64,000 bases of DNA from an uncultured SAR86 cluster bacterium (GTDB lineage Bacteria > Pseudomonadota > Gammaproteobacteria > Magnimaribacterales > AG-339-G14). Location of the stretch: assembly GCA_902625415.1 (NCBI GenBank), contig CACOBG010000007.1, forward strand, positions 6,757-70,756. Reading direction: 5' to 3'. Position numbers and translations under genes: made by a program. Positions 54,155 to 63,196 of the stretch are shown piece after piece; position 1 is the first letter of the stretch, and each line of letters opens with the position of its first letter. The notes under the pieces were generated by a model. The model made no database searches, was not told where the DNA came from, and saw only the letters and a program-made list of their open reading frames with translations.

Positions 54155-55453
54155 ATGACAAAAATAAATGACCCATTAACTCTTCCTTGTGGACAAGTTA
54201 TCAAAAATAGAGTTTGTAAAGCCGCTATGACAGAAAGAATTGCTCTGGGCAATAACTTTACTAACGAAAAGCATATAGAACTTTATAAAATGTGGGGTGC
54301 AGGCGACATCGGTATCTTACTTACAGGCAACGTCCAAGTGCACCGAGATAATTTAGAAGGTCCAGCTAATGTTGCAATTGAGGCGGATACTTATAAAGAA
54401 CAAATGCCGATGTTAAAAAATTGGGCTGAAGCTGCAACTCTAGAAGGCAGTAGACTGTGGATGCAAATTTCACATGCCGGAAGACAAACTCCAGGTGAGA
54501 TCAATATGAGCCCCATGTCACCCTCCGACGTACAATTGAAAATTCCTGGCAGGAAATATGGTAAACCAATTCCTATGACCGAGGAAGATATTCAAGATGT
54601 CATCAATCGATTTGTGTTTACGGCAAAAATTGCTCGAGAGTCAGGATTTGATGGCATTCAGCTGCATTCCGCTCATGGCTATCTACTCTCTCAATTTTTA
54701 TCTCCTGATATCAATCAAAGAACTGATGCTTGGGGCGGATCATTGGAAAATCGAGCGAGAATTCATCTGGAAATCATCAAAAAATGCAGAGAGGAAGTGG
54801 GTGAAGATTTTGCAATTTCAATAAAAATGAACTCGGCAGATTTTCAAAAAGGGGGCTTTTCTCCAGAGGACTCCATTCTAGTAGCAAAATTATTTAGCGA
54901 TTCAGGGATAGACAATATTGAAATTTCCGGTGGAACTTATGAGCAGCCAAGATTACTGGGTTTGGATAAGGTGAGCATCAATCCAAAGAGGAGCGAAAAC
55001 AGAAAAGAAAGCACCATTGCTCGAGAGGCATATTTCCTTTCTTATGCAGAAGAAATAGCAAAAGTTGTAAATATTCCTTTGATGGTAACTGGAGGATTTC
55101 GGACTAAAGATGGTATGGAAGCAGCATTAGCAGACGGAGCTTGTGAAATAGTTGGAGTTGGCAGACCCCTTTGTGCAAACCCTTATGCGATTAAGGAACT
55201 ATTGGCCGGACAGATTGATGAATTACCAAAATACGAAAAAACTTTGTCGATTGGCCCTTGGTGGCTCTCACCGACAAGCCCTTTCAGGTTAATTCAGGCA
55301 ATTAATGCTTTTAGTGCCCAAGCTTGGTTTTACCAACAAATTAAAAAAATGGGTAAAGGGTTAATGCCAGACTTAAATCTCAAACCCTGGAAAGCATTTA
55401 GAGAGGATGCTAAGGCTGATCAAGAGGCTATAAAAGAATATCAAAATTTTTAA
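54155..55453 (+). CDS. NADH:flavin oxidoreductase (Old Yellow Enzyme family)
   Basis: KAAMTE, QISHAGRQ, HSAHGYLLSQFLSP, EISGGTYE. Confidence 0.9.
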   Translation: MTKINDPLTLPCGQVIKNRVCKAAMTERIALGNNFTNEKHIELYKMWGAGDIGILLTGNVQVHRDNLEGPANVAIEADTYKEQMPMLKNWAEAATLEGSRLWMQISHAGRQTPGEINMSPMSPSDVQLKIPGRKYGKPIPMTEEDIQDVINRFVFTAKIARESGFDGIQLHSAHGYLLSQFLSPDINQRTDAWGGSLENRARIHLEIIKKCREEVGEDFAISIKMNSADFQKGGFSPEDSILVAKLFSDSGIDNIEISGGTYEQPRLLGLDKVSINPKRSENRKESTIAREAYFLSYAEEIAKVVNIPLMVTGGFRTKDGMEAALADGACEIVGVGRPLCANPYAIKELLAGQIDELPKYEKTLSIGPWWLSPTSPFRLIQAINAFSAQAWFYQQIKKMGKGLMPDLNLKPWKAFREDAKADQEAIKEYQNF

Positions 55454-55478
55454 TTCAAATTCAAAGGAGCTAAAAAAA

Positions 55479-55889
55479 ATGAAAGTAGAAAACAAAGTAA
55501 TGCCAAATGAAAAACAAATGGAAGAGTTTTTAGAGGAAGGTCATGATGAGCCTATCTTTATGGTCAACTTGTTAAAATTCAAAGAAAAGGCAGAGTATCC
55601 TGATAAAAGAAAAACTGACCTCACAGGTAAAGAAGCCTATGCAATCTATGGAAAAGAAGTTGTAAAACATCTCGAAAAAGTTGGAGGTAAACCAATTTTT
55701 GGCTCAGAAGTCACGAGACTCATGTTGGGCGAGGTAGAAGAGCTTTGGGATCAAGTGGCTATTGCTATGTACCCTAATAGAAAAGCGATGTTGAAAATGA
55801 TTTCAGATCCTGATTATATTGAAAGTGCCCAACACAGAGTTGCTGGTTTAGCTGGTCAATTAAACATTGAAACAAAATTGAGAGATTAA
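55479..55889 (+). CDS. DUF1330 family protein
   Basis: MVNLLKF, AYAIYG, WD...YP, HRVAGL. Confidence 0.85.
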   Translation: MKVENKVMPNEKQMEEFLEEGHDEPIFMVNLLKFKEKAEYPDKRKTDLTGKEAYAIYGKEVVKHLEKVGGKPIFGSEVTRLMLGEVEELWDQVAIAMYPNRKAMLKMISDPDYIESAQHRVAGLAGQLNIETKLRD

Positions 55890-56341
55890 TGAAGACTTTA
55901 AAAATTTTAGGACTTTTAAGCCTTTTGGTTTTTTCCTTTTCACTTCTTGCGGCAAAATACGACAAAAAAGTTGATCCTTCTGAGCTGTATGATAAGGCTA
56001 CTAATCATTTGAAAAATGAAGAATATCGTAAGGCTTTAAGGGTTTTAGGTAAATATACAAAATCCAAGCCGAAAGATGCTGATGGTTGGACGTTGTATGC
56101 TTTCACACAAAGAAAGTTAAAAAATTATAAGAAAGCAGAAGTTAATTACGAAAAAGCTTTGAAGTTAGATCCTGAAAATAAAATTGCTTTGGAATATCAA
56201 GGTGAATTATTTGTAGAAACCGAACGCTTAGGACTAGCTCAAACCAATCTTAACAAACTCAAAGAATTGTGTCCTACATCTTGTGATGAGCTTGAACAAT
56301 TAAAAAAGTACATCAATCAAGAAGCTGATAAATCTCTGTGA
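55889..56341 (+). CDS. Secreted tetratricopeptide-repeat protein
   Basis: Signal peptide; TPR pattern ADGW..Y..ALKLDP...ALEYQGE. Confidence 0.8.
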   Translation: MKTLKILGLLSLLVFSFSLLAAKYDKKVDPSELYDKATNHLKNEEYRKALRVLGKYTKSKPKDADGWTLYAFTQRKLKNYKKAEVNYEKALKLDPENKIALEYQGELFVETERLGLAQTNLNKLKELCPTSCDELEQLKKYINQEADKSL

Positions 56342-57195
56342 TTATTTTAGACGGTAGTATGGGCAACGAATTGCTCAAACGAACAAACAAGCCTTCTTCA
56401 GGTTTGTGGTCAGCGCAATTTCTCATAGACTCTCCGAATCTAGTAAAAGAAGTCCATCAGGCTTATGTCGATGTTGGTGCTCAAGTGATTACTACTAATA
56501 CCTATTCAACTATTCCAAGTTATCTTCAAAAAGAAAATAAAACACATTTAATGCATGACTTGATTGTGAAGGCTGGAGAAATTGCTCGTGAAGTTGCAGA
56601 TGAAAATGCTCAAGAAATTATAGTCGCCGGCAGTTTACCGCCTTTAGATGAGAGTTATCGTCCAGATCTAGTTCCAGATGAAGCCGATTCTATTCCTATT
56701 TATGAAGAATTAATCGATGGGCTAAATCCTTTTATCGATATTTTTCTTTGTGAAACGGTTTCTTCAATTCCAGAAACTTCAAATATTTTAAAAGCAGTCT
56801 CAAATGCAGCTGAGAAAGATAAAAAGATATGGCTTTCATGGACTCTACTTGAAGATAAAAGCACCAGACTAAGAAGCAAAGAAACCATTGAGGAAGCTTT
56901 TGAGCTTGCAGAAAGTTTTAATATTGACGCGTATTTATTTAATTGTACTGATCCAATTGCAATTACTGAGGGTATTAAAAAGCTATCCGATCTCACGGAT
57001 AAACCAATTGGTTGCTATCCAAACATATTTGGAGTTCCTTTTGATTGGACTTTAGATAATAGTATCCAATTGGAACCCAGAAACTTATCCATTAAGCAAT
57101 TCGTTGAGTATAAAAATTTATGGAAAGATTTAGGAGCATCTATCATTGGTGGATGCTGTGGGTTAGGACCCGATTATATTAAAGCCATCGCATAA
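56338..57195 (+). CDS. Homocysteine S-methyltransferase family protein
   Basis: LDGSMG, TNTY, AGSLPP, CET, FNC, GGCCG Zn ligands. Confidence 0.88.
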   Translation: MIILDGSMGNELLKRTNKPSSGLWSAQFLIDSPNLVKEVHQAYVDVGAQVITTNTYSTIPSYLQKENKTHLMHDLIVKAGEIAREVADENAQEIIVAGSLPPLDESYRPDLVPDEADSIPIYEELIDGLNPFIDIFLCETVSSIPETSNILKAVSNAAEKDKKIWLSWTLLEDKSTRLRSKETIEEAFELAESFNIDAYLFNCTDPIAITEGIKKLSDLTDKPIGCYPNIFGVPFDWTLDNSIQLEPRNLSIKQFVEYKNLWKDLGASIIGGCCGLGPDYIKAIA

Positions 57196-57197
57196 AA

Positions 57198-57240
57198 AAA
57201 TTCTCCAGAAGACAAACCGCTCTCTGGAGAATTTATTTTT
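57198..57240. terminator. Bidirectional terminator between convergent genes
   Basis: AAATTCTCCAGA...TCTGGAGAATTT flanked by A and T runs. Confidence 0.75.
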
Positions 57241-57249
57241 TTAAGCTTT

Positions 57250-58227
57250 TTAAGCTACAAATTGCGAAAGTCTGCTTTTAATAATTTCTTCTGCATCAGA
57301 AACTATTCTTTCTACCAGCTCTTTACAAGTCGGGATGTCATGAATTAGTCCAGCAACCATTCCGCAACTCCAAGCACCGGCATCCATAGTACCTTCTTGC
57401 ATGATTTTCGGATAGACGCCAGCTACTTCATCCATGATGTCGGTGATTTGAATTTCGTCGCCCAAGGCTTTTTCTTTTTCAAGGATCTTTTGCACTGCAT
57501 CGTTTGCCAAAACTCTTTCGGTATTTCTTAAAGGTCTCATGATCAATTCGGTATCCAATTCAGATGCAGCAACCAAAGCTTCTTTAACGTTTTGGTGCAC
57601 CGGAGCTTCCTTAGTTGCAATAAATCTTGTACCCATATTTATTCCATCTGCGCCCATGGAAAGAGCAGCAGCAAGTTGCTGGCCATTACCCATACCACCT
57701 GAAGCAACAAAAGGAATTGAAAGTTCTTCAGCAGCTCTTGGCAGAAGAATCATATTCGGTATGTCATCTTCTCCAGGGTGGCCACCGCACTCAAAACCAT
57801 CAACACTGACTGCATCACAGCCAATTTTTTCTGCTTTTAAAGAATGTCTTACAGAAGTACATTTGTGAATGACCTTAATACCAGCACCTTTAAGGTCAGG
57901 CATGTAAGCTTCAGGACTTCTGCCCGCGGTCTCAACGATTTTTACTCCACCTTCAACAATAGCTTTGATGTAACCAGGATAATCAGGCTCTTGAAAACCA
58001 GGCAAAAAAGTTAAGTTTACGCCAAAAGGCTTATCGGTCATTTCATGACATTTTGCAATTTCTTTGGCCAGGTCATCAGGAGTTTTTTGGGTTAGACCGG
58101 TAATGATTCCTAGCCCACCTGCGTTGGCAACTGCAGCAGCCATTTCTGCGAAACCTACATAATGCATTCCTCCTTGAATAACTGGATGTTCAATATCGAA
58201 CATTTCGGTGATTTTTGTTTTTATCAT
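57250..58227 (-). CDS. Nitronate monooxygenase / FabK-like flavin oxidoreductase
   Basis: IQGGM, PFGVN, ECGGH, ASGG, MGTRF. Confidence 0.9.
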   Translation of the reverse strand: MIKTKITEMFDIEHPVIQGGMHYVGFAEMAAAVANAGGLGIITGLTQKTPDDLAKEIAKCHEMTDKPFGVNLTFLPGFQEPDYPGYIKAIVEGGVKIVETAGRSPEAYMPDLKGAGIKVIHKCTSVRHSLKAEKIGCDAVSVDGFECGGHPGEDDIPNMILLPRAAEELSIPFVASGGMGNGQQLAAALSMGADGINMGTRFIATKEAPVHQNVKEALVAASELDTELIMRPLRNTERVLANDAVQKILEKEKALGDEIQITDIMDEVAGVYPKIMQEGTMDAGAWSCGMVAGLIHDIPTCKELVERIVSDAEEIIKSRLSQFVA

Positions 58228-58259
58228 TTTTTCTCCCTAATAAATTGAAGGTTTAATTT

Positions 58260-58278
58260 AAAGCCCGTAAGGCTTTTT
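58260..58278 (-). terminator. Probable weak intrinsic terminator after the GMC gene
   Basis: Minus strand AAAGCC-TTAC-GGGCTTT. Confidence 0.45.
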
Positions 58279-58299
58279 GTCTACCAAAAGGCTATTTTT

Positions 58300-59976
58300 T
58301 TAAGCCCAAGATGACTTAATCATATCAGCTGCTTTTTCTCCAATCATAATGGTTGGCGCATTTGTATTCCCTCCGACCAAGGTCGGCATGATGGAGGCAT
58401 CAACAACTCGAACATTTTCCAGCGCATGAATCTTGAGCTCATGATTTACAACACTCATATCGTCAGAACCCATTTTGCAAGTTCCAACTGGATGGTAGAC
58501 GGTGTCTGCTCGGGCACGCATAGCTTCTTCAATATCTGCATCGCTATTGATATCGACCGGATCTTGGACTTTTCTGGTAAAAGGTCTCAAAGGTTCAGAA
58601 TCCATAATTTCCATCATTTTGCGATAACCCTTTATCATGACATCCATATCTTCTCGCTCGGAAAAAAACTTGGGATCAATTTTTGGCGAGTCAAAAGCAT
58701 CATTTGAATTAAGTGTAACCTCACCAGTAGATTTGGGTCTCAACAAACAAACATGACAACCCAGACCATGACCAAATGCAATGGTTCTGCCATGATCAAT
58801 GATTTTTGCCAGTACAAAGTGCAGTTGGATATCTGGAATATCCAAACTTTCCTCAGTTTTTATAAAGCCTCCAGCCTCAGCTACCGTAGAGGTCATCTGC
58901 CCCTTTCTAGTGAATAGATATTTCAAAAGTTCAAACGGCTGACGGTATAAAAGCGATTTAAATGAGAAACCCAATAAATCCGTATCATCCACCGGATGAT
59001 TGGTAATGTAGTCGATGTGATCTTGAAGATTTTTCCCTACTCCCGGGATATTAAAGATGGTGTCTATCCCATGTCTGTTCAGTTCTTCTGTGGGACCTAT
59101 GCCAGAGCGCATTAAGATTTGCGGTGAGCCGAAAGCTCCAGAAGACACAATAACCTCTCGGTGACATTTAAAATGAATTTTATTTTTTTGTTTATCAAAA
59201 CAATCAACGCCAGTTGCTTTATTACCTTCAAACACAATTCTATCGACTTGGGTATCGGTTAAGACGGTAAGGTTGGGTCTATCTAAGTTTGGCGTAAGAT
59301 AGGCTGCAGCGGCACTCCATCTTCTACCTTGTTTTTGTGTCGTGTGATAATAACCAATGCCCTCCTGATCAGCACCATTGAAGTCATGGTTTTCTTTGTA
59401 AAATTTTGTTCCTGCCTCAATAAAGTAGTCCTTGTATTTTGAATTATTCTCCACAGCAGTAACATTCAAAGGCCCTTCTTGACCATGAAATTCATTGTCT
59501 ACCAATTCGTTGTGTTCCGCTTTTTTAAAGTAAGGTAAAACTTCATCATAAGACCAGCCAGAATTTCCAAGTTTTGACCAATGATCGTAATCCCAACGAT
59601 GTCCTCTCACATAGAGCATGGCATTTATTGAACTCGAACCACCTAAAGTTTTTCCTCTGGGTTGATAGCCTTTACGATGTTCTTCGAGCTCTTCTTTCAT
59701 CGTATGAGTTTGACCTGTTGGGTCAGCGACAACGACTTCTGTAGCAGGTAATTTTTCTTTAGCAAAACCTTTTTGAGGTTCGGTTTCAAAAGCCCAATTC
59801 ATTTTACTTGTTGGTCCCATGTAAGCGAAAAGTGCAGGAACATGAATCCGAACGTCTTTATCTTTAGAACCAGCTTCTATTAAGCAAACTTTGTGATTGG
59901 GATTTTCTGACAGTCTTCCAGCAAGAACACAGCCTGCTGAGCCCGCTCCCAAAATAATATAATCGAATTCGTTCAT
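58300..59976 (-). CDS. GMC oxidoreductase (choline/alcohol dehydrogenase-like)
   Basis: GAGSAG, PRGKTLGGSSSINAM, GKNLQDH, YHPVGT, GNTNAP. Confidence 0.92.
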   Translation of the reverse strand: MNEFDYIILGAGSAGCVLAGRLSENPNHKVCLIEAGSKDKDVRIHVPALFAYMGPTSKMNWAFETEPQKGFAKEKLPATEVVVADPTGQTHTMKEELEEHRKGYQPRGKTLGGSSSINAMLYVRGHRWDYDHWSKLGNSGWSYDEVLPYFKKAEHNELVDNEFHGQEGPLNVTAVENNSKYKDYFIEAGTKFYKENHDFNGADQEGIGYYHTTQKQGRRWSAAAAYLTPNLDRPNLTVLTDTQVDRIVFEGNKATGVDCFDKQKNKIHFKCHREVIVSSGAFGSPQILMRSGIGPTEELNRHGIDTIFNIPGVGKNLQDHIDYITNHPVDDTDLLGFSFKSLLYRQPFELLKYLFTRKGQMTSTVAEAGGFIKTEESLDIPDIQLHFVLAKIIDHGRTIAFGHGLGCHVCLLRPKSTGEVTLNSNDAFDSPKIDPKFFSEREDMDVMIKGYRKMMEIMDSEPLRPFTRKVQDPVDINSDADIEEAMRARADTVYHPVGTCKMGSDDMSVVNHELKIHALENVRVVDASIMPTLVGGNTNAPTIMIGEKAADMIKSSWA

Positions 59977-59996
59977 TCTTCTTCTCCTTATAAAAT

Positions 59997-61004
59997 TTAT
60001 TCCATAGTGATGGAAATTTTTCCGAAATGCTTATTGTCAATTTGATGTTGGAAGGCGTTTGCTAATTCAGATAAATCAAACGAATCGCTTATGACGGGCT
60101 TAATTTTAGAATTCTCTAAATAATCAACCATAGCTTTTTGTGATTGATGATTAGCCATAGCGATACCACTGGTTCTTACCTGTTTAAGAAAAATTCTTGG
60201 CAAAACTAATTCGTTAGCCGCAGGCCCACTCAATACTCCGATTAACGCAATATGGCCTCCAAGTTTCACTGCTCTAATTGATTCATTGAAGGTTTCTCCT
60301 CCGCCAACTTCAACAACATGGTCCACCCCTTCATTGTCAGTAACTTCCAGAACCTTTTCTCCCCATTTGGGATGCTCTTTATAATTGATAACTTCATCTG
60401 CACCAAGTTCCTTTAGCTTTTCAGCTTTCTCTTCTGAAGAAGTAGTAGCAATGACTCTGGCTCCCATTTCTTTTGCAAATTGTAAAGCGATAATTGAAAC
60501 ACCCCCAGTTCCCTGTACCAAGACCGATTGCCCTGACTCAAGCCTCCCTTCGTCAACCAAAGCACGCCAAGCAGTTAATCCAGCACAGGGCAGAGTAGCT
60601 GCTTCTTGCAAAGACCATTTGGAAGGCATTTTTGTGACTGCAGTTTCTTTGATTGCAATGTATTCAGTAGCATATCCATCTTGATTGTCACCAATGAAAC
60701 TGAGAAATTCGTATCGGGGTGGACCATCTATCCAATTAGGGAAGCAGGCACTCATTACTTGATCACCAACTTGCCAATTTTGCACAGCTGAACCTACTTC
60801 AGTAACTTCACCTGCAGCATCGCCGAGTAACACCCTCCCGTCGTCTGTGGGTATCAAACCCAATGCGCACATCAAATCATGATAATTGAGACTGCTTGCG
60901 TTTACTTTAATTAAAATTTCATCTTCTTTTGGTTGAGGAATATCTACTTCTGTAAGTTTAAATTTGTCCAATCCACCGGGTTTTTCAAGCTGCATTTGTC
61001 TCAT
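59997..61004 (-). CDS. NAD(P)-dependent alcohol-dehydrogenase-like MDR protein (Zn-independent type)
   Basis: SLNYHD, DAAGEV, LPCAGLTAW, GTGGVS, HFGKI. Confidence 0.88.
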   Translation of the reverse strand: MRQMQLEKPGGLDKFKLTEVDIPQPKEDEILIKVNASSLNYHDLMCALGLIPTDDGRVLLGDAAGEVTEVGSAVQNWQVGDQVMSACFPNWIDGPPRYEFLSFIGDNQDGYATEYIAIKETAVTKMPSKWSLQEAATLPCAGLTAWRALVDEGRLESGQSVLVQGTGGVSIIALQFAKEMGARVIATTSSEEKAEKLKELGADEVINYKEHPKWGEKVLEVTDNEGVDHVVEVGGGETFNESIRAVKLGGHIALIGVLSGPAANELVLPRIFLKQVRTSGIAMANHQSQKAMVDYLENSKIKPVISDSFDLSELANAFQHQIDNKHFGKISITME

Positions 61005-61247
61005 CTATGTCTCCTCACTTTTTTTGTTTTTATTAGAACAAAAAAGCGTTGGGAAATGAATGAAAATCCATAATTTAAAAAGAATAAAAAAATATTTTTT
61101 TATAACCTAAATGAAAAATCTTATAATTTTTTATGAAATTTTTGAAAAAACAAGGTCTCGTGTCTGGTAAAAAAGCCTTGAAGTACTATACTTTCAGCGT
61201 TTTTAGTCGTTTGTATTTTATTGAATCACTTAATTTTCAATAAAAGT

Positions 61248-61309
61248 GCAAAAAGTGGCATTTTTGCTATTTTTCAGTCAATTTTGTCCTCTTTTTACAG
61301 TTGTATAAT
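61248..61309 (+). promoter_or_regulatory. Putative promoter (-10 TATAAT 61304-09) with upstream inverted repeat GCAAAAA-N6-TTTTTGC
   Basis: Consensus -10, no good -35 at 17 bp; 7-bp perfect inverted repeat at 61248-61267. Confidence 0.4.
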
Positions 61310-61422
61310 GCTTTCGATTTTGAAAGGTTGCTTAGTAAAAGTTTTAATTCATTAAATGAACTTTTAAGAAAATTTGTTCTCTACTAAGTATCTAAATTAA
61401 CCATCAGCTTAAGGAGTTAGCG

Positions 61423-61515
61423 ATGATAAATAGAGTGGTTACTGGAACTTTAGGATTTGGTTTTTGCCTCTCTTTTATACTTTATCTAGGAGTGATAGGA
61501 ATTAATTTTTTCTAA
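61423..61515 (+). CDS. 30-aa hydrophobic peptide (not in ORF track)
   Basis: MINRVVTGTLGFGFCLSFILYLGVIGINFF; SD AAGGAG 6 nt upstream; followed by a strong terminator. Confidence 0.65.
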   Translation: MINRVVTGTLGFGFCLSFILYLGVIGINFF

Positions 61516-61552
61516 TCCTGTAAAGCAATAAATTTATAAAGTTCTCCCCCCT

Positions 61553-61585
61553 AATCCCCTCGTCGAGACGAGGGGATTTCTTTTT
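61553..61585 (+). terminator. Strong intrinsic terminator
   Basis: AATCCCCTCGT-CGAG-ACGAGGGGATT followed by TCTTTTT. Confidence 0.85.
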
Positions 61586-61609
61586 GAAAAACATTAATTT
61601 AGAGTGCTT

Positions 61610-61732
61610 ATGACTAAACAATGCGAAGAGTGTCAAAAAGATTTACTGTTTAGCTATTTTTTAAAACAAAGAGGCGGTTTCATCGATCTAAGGAAAGTCT
61701 GTCGATCTTGTGAAAGAAAGAATTTTTGTTAA
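61610..61732 (+). CDS. 40-aa CxxC...CxxC zinc-finger microprotein (not in ORF track)
   Basis: MTKQCEECQKDLLFSYFLKQRGGFIDLRKVCRSCERKNFC; weak SD. Confidence 0.55.
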   Translation: MTKQCEECQKDLLFSYFLKQRGGFIDLRKVCRSCERKNFC

Positions 61733-61736
61733 TTTT

Positions 61737-63164
61737 TTAAGAAGAACAAGAGATTTCTAATTTTTTACCCCATTCAGGCGGAGCATTTGCAAAATCATCA
61801 AATTCTGAGTTTTCTTCATAAGGATTTTTAAGCACCTTAAGTAAATCTTTTAATTTTGTGAAGTCTGACTTTTCTGCATCTTGAATGGCTTCTTGTGCTA
61901 AATAATTTCTTAAAACAAACTTTGGATTTGCTCGTGTCATCATTTTTGATCTATCCTCGGAAGAGGTTTTTTCAAAACTCAAACGGTGTTGATATTTTTC
62001 ATGCCAAGATTTACCTTCGTCATCTTCAAACAGAGAATCTTGTTCTTTTGCAAGGTTTCTGAAGGTCAAGGTATAGTCTTTTTTATTTTTTTGCATCCAA
62101 GAAAGAAACTCTTCAATCAATTTCAAATCGTCTGCTTGCTCAACCAGCAAACCTAATTTTCTTCTGAAAATTGCTGTAAGTTCATCATAAAAAAACCCCT
62201 CATAGGAATTTATTATTTCTTTGGTTCGTTCTATTTCAATATGATCTTTTAAAGCTGCAGCTAGTGCATGACAGTTCCAAAGACCTATTGAAGGTTGGTT
62301 ATTGAATGCGTAACGACCGCTGTGATCTGAATGATTACAGATAAAACCAGGGTTGTAATCATCCAAAAAGCCAAAAGGCCCAAAATCAAAAGTTTCTCCT
62401 AGGATAGACATGTTATCGGTATTCATTACACCATGGGCAAAACCGAAAGCTTGCCATTTGGCAATAAGTCTTGCCGTCGAAGAAACTATTTTCTCGAATA
62501 AATCGGTATAGCCAGCTTTGGATGCTCTTAACTCAGGAAAATAATTTTCAATGACATGATTCAGCAAAATTGGAATTAATTCTGATTTTTTATTATGCAT
62601 AAGATATTCAAAGTGCCCAAATCGAATATGAGTTTTTGCGACTCTTACCATCATTGCTCCAAATTCGGTCGTTTCCCTAAAGACCGGTTCATCGCTACCG
62701 ATCATGATTAAAGACCTCGAACTTGGAATGCCAAGATGATGCATGGCCTCGCTACACAAATATTCTCTGATCGTTGATCTTAAAACTGCGCGGCCATCTC
62801 CAAATCTTGAGTAGGGTGTTTTGCCAGCACCTTTTATGTGTAAATCCATTAAGCCGTCTTCGGTTTGTATTTGGCCCAGCAAAATTCCTCTACCATCTCC
62901 CAATTGGGGGACCCAAGAACCAAATTGATGTCCGGCGTAGGCCATTGATAGAGGCACACTGTGTTTAAAAGCTTTATTGCCATTTATGAAGGGCACCAAA
63001 TCTTCAGCATTAAGATCTTTAGGAAAGCCTAAAAGCTCTGCTAGCTCTTCATTAAAATGTATGAGTTTTGGGTTATCAAAAGGTGTCCAATTTTGCTTAT
63101 GAAATAAATCTTCCGGTAAATCGGCGAAAGGATTTGAAAATTTAAAGCCTTCTAGTTCCTGCAT
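61737..63164 (-). CDS. selO: Protein adenylyltransferase SelO (YdiU)
   Basis: YAGHQFG, QLGDGRG, KGAGKTPYSR, GVMNTDN, DFGPF, C-terminal SCSS. Confidence 0.95.
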   Translation of the reverse strand: MQELEGFKFSNPFADLPEDLFHKQNWTPFDNPKLIHFNEELAELLGFPKDLNAEDLVPFINGNKAFKHSVPLSMAYAGHQFGSWVPQLGDGRGILLGQIQTEDGLMDLHIKGAGKTPYSRFGDGRAVLRSTIREYLCSEAMHHLGIPSSRSLIMIGSDEPVFRETTEFGAMMVRVAKTHIRFGHFEYLMHNKKSELIPILLNHVIENYFPELRASKAGYTDLFEKIVSSTARLIAKWQAFGFAHGVMNTDNMSILGETFDFGPFGFLDDYNPGFICNHSDHSGRYAFNNQPSIGLWNCHALAAALKDHIEIERTKEIINSYEGFFYDELTAIFRRKLGLLVEQADDLKLIEEFLSWMQKNKKDYTLTFRNLAKEQDSLFEDDEGKSWHEKYQHRLSFEKTSSEDRSKMMTRANPKFVLRNYLAQEAIQDAEKSDFTKLKDLLKVLKNPYEENSEFDDFANAPPEWGKKLEISCSS

Positions 63165-63196
63165 ATTAGTTAATTATATAGGTTAGAATTTGTCTA

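Noticed and set aside
61111-61243. Short plus-strand ORFs at 61111 (19 aa) and 61133 (36 aa)
   Set aside because: No SD, low-complexity AT-rich codons and no motif.
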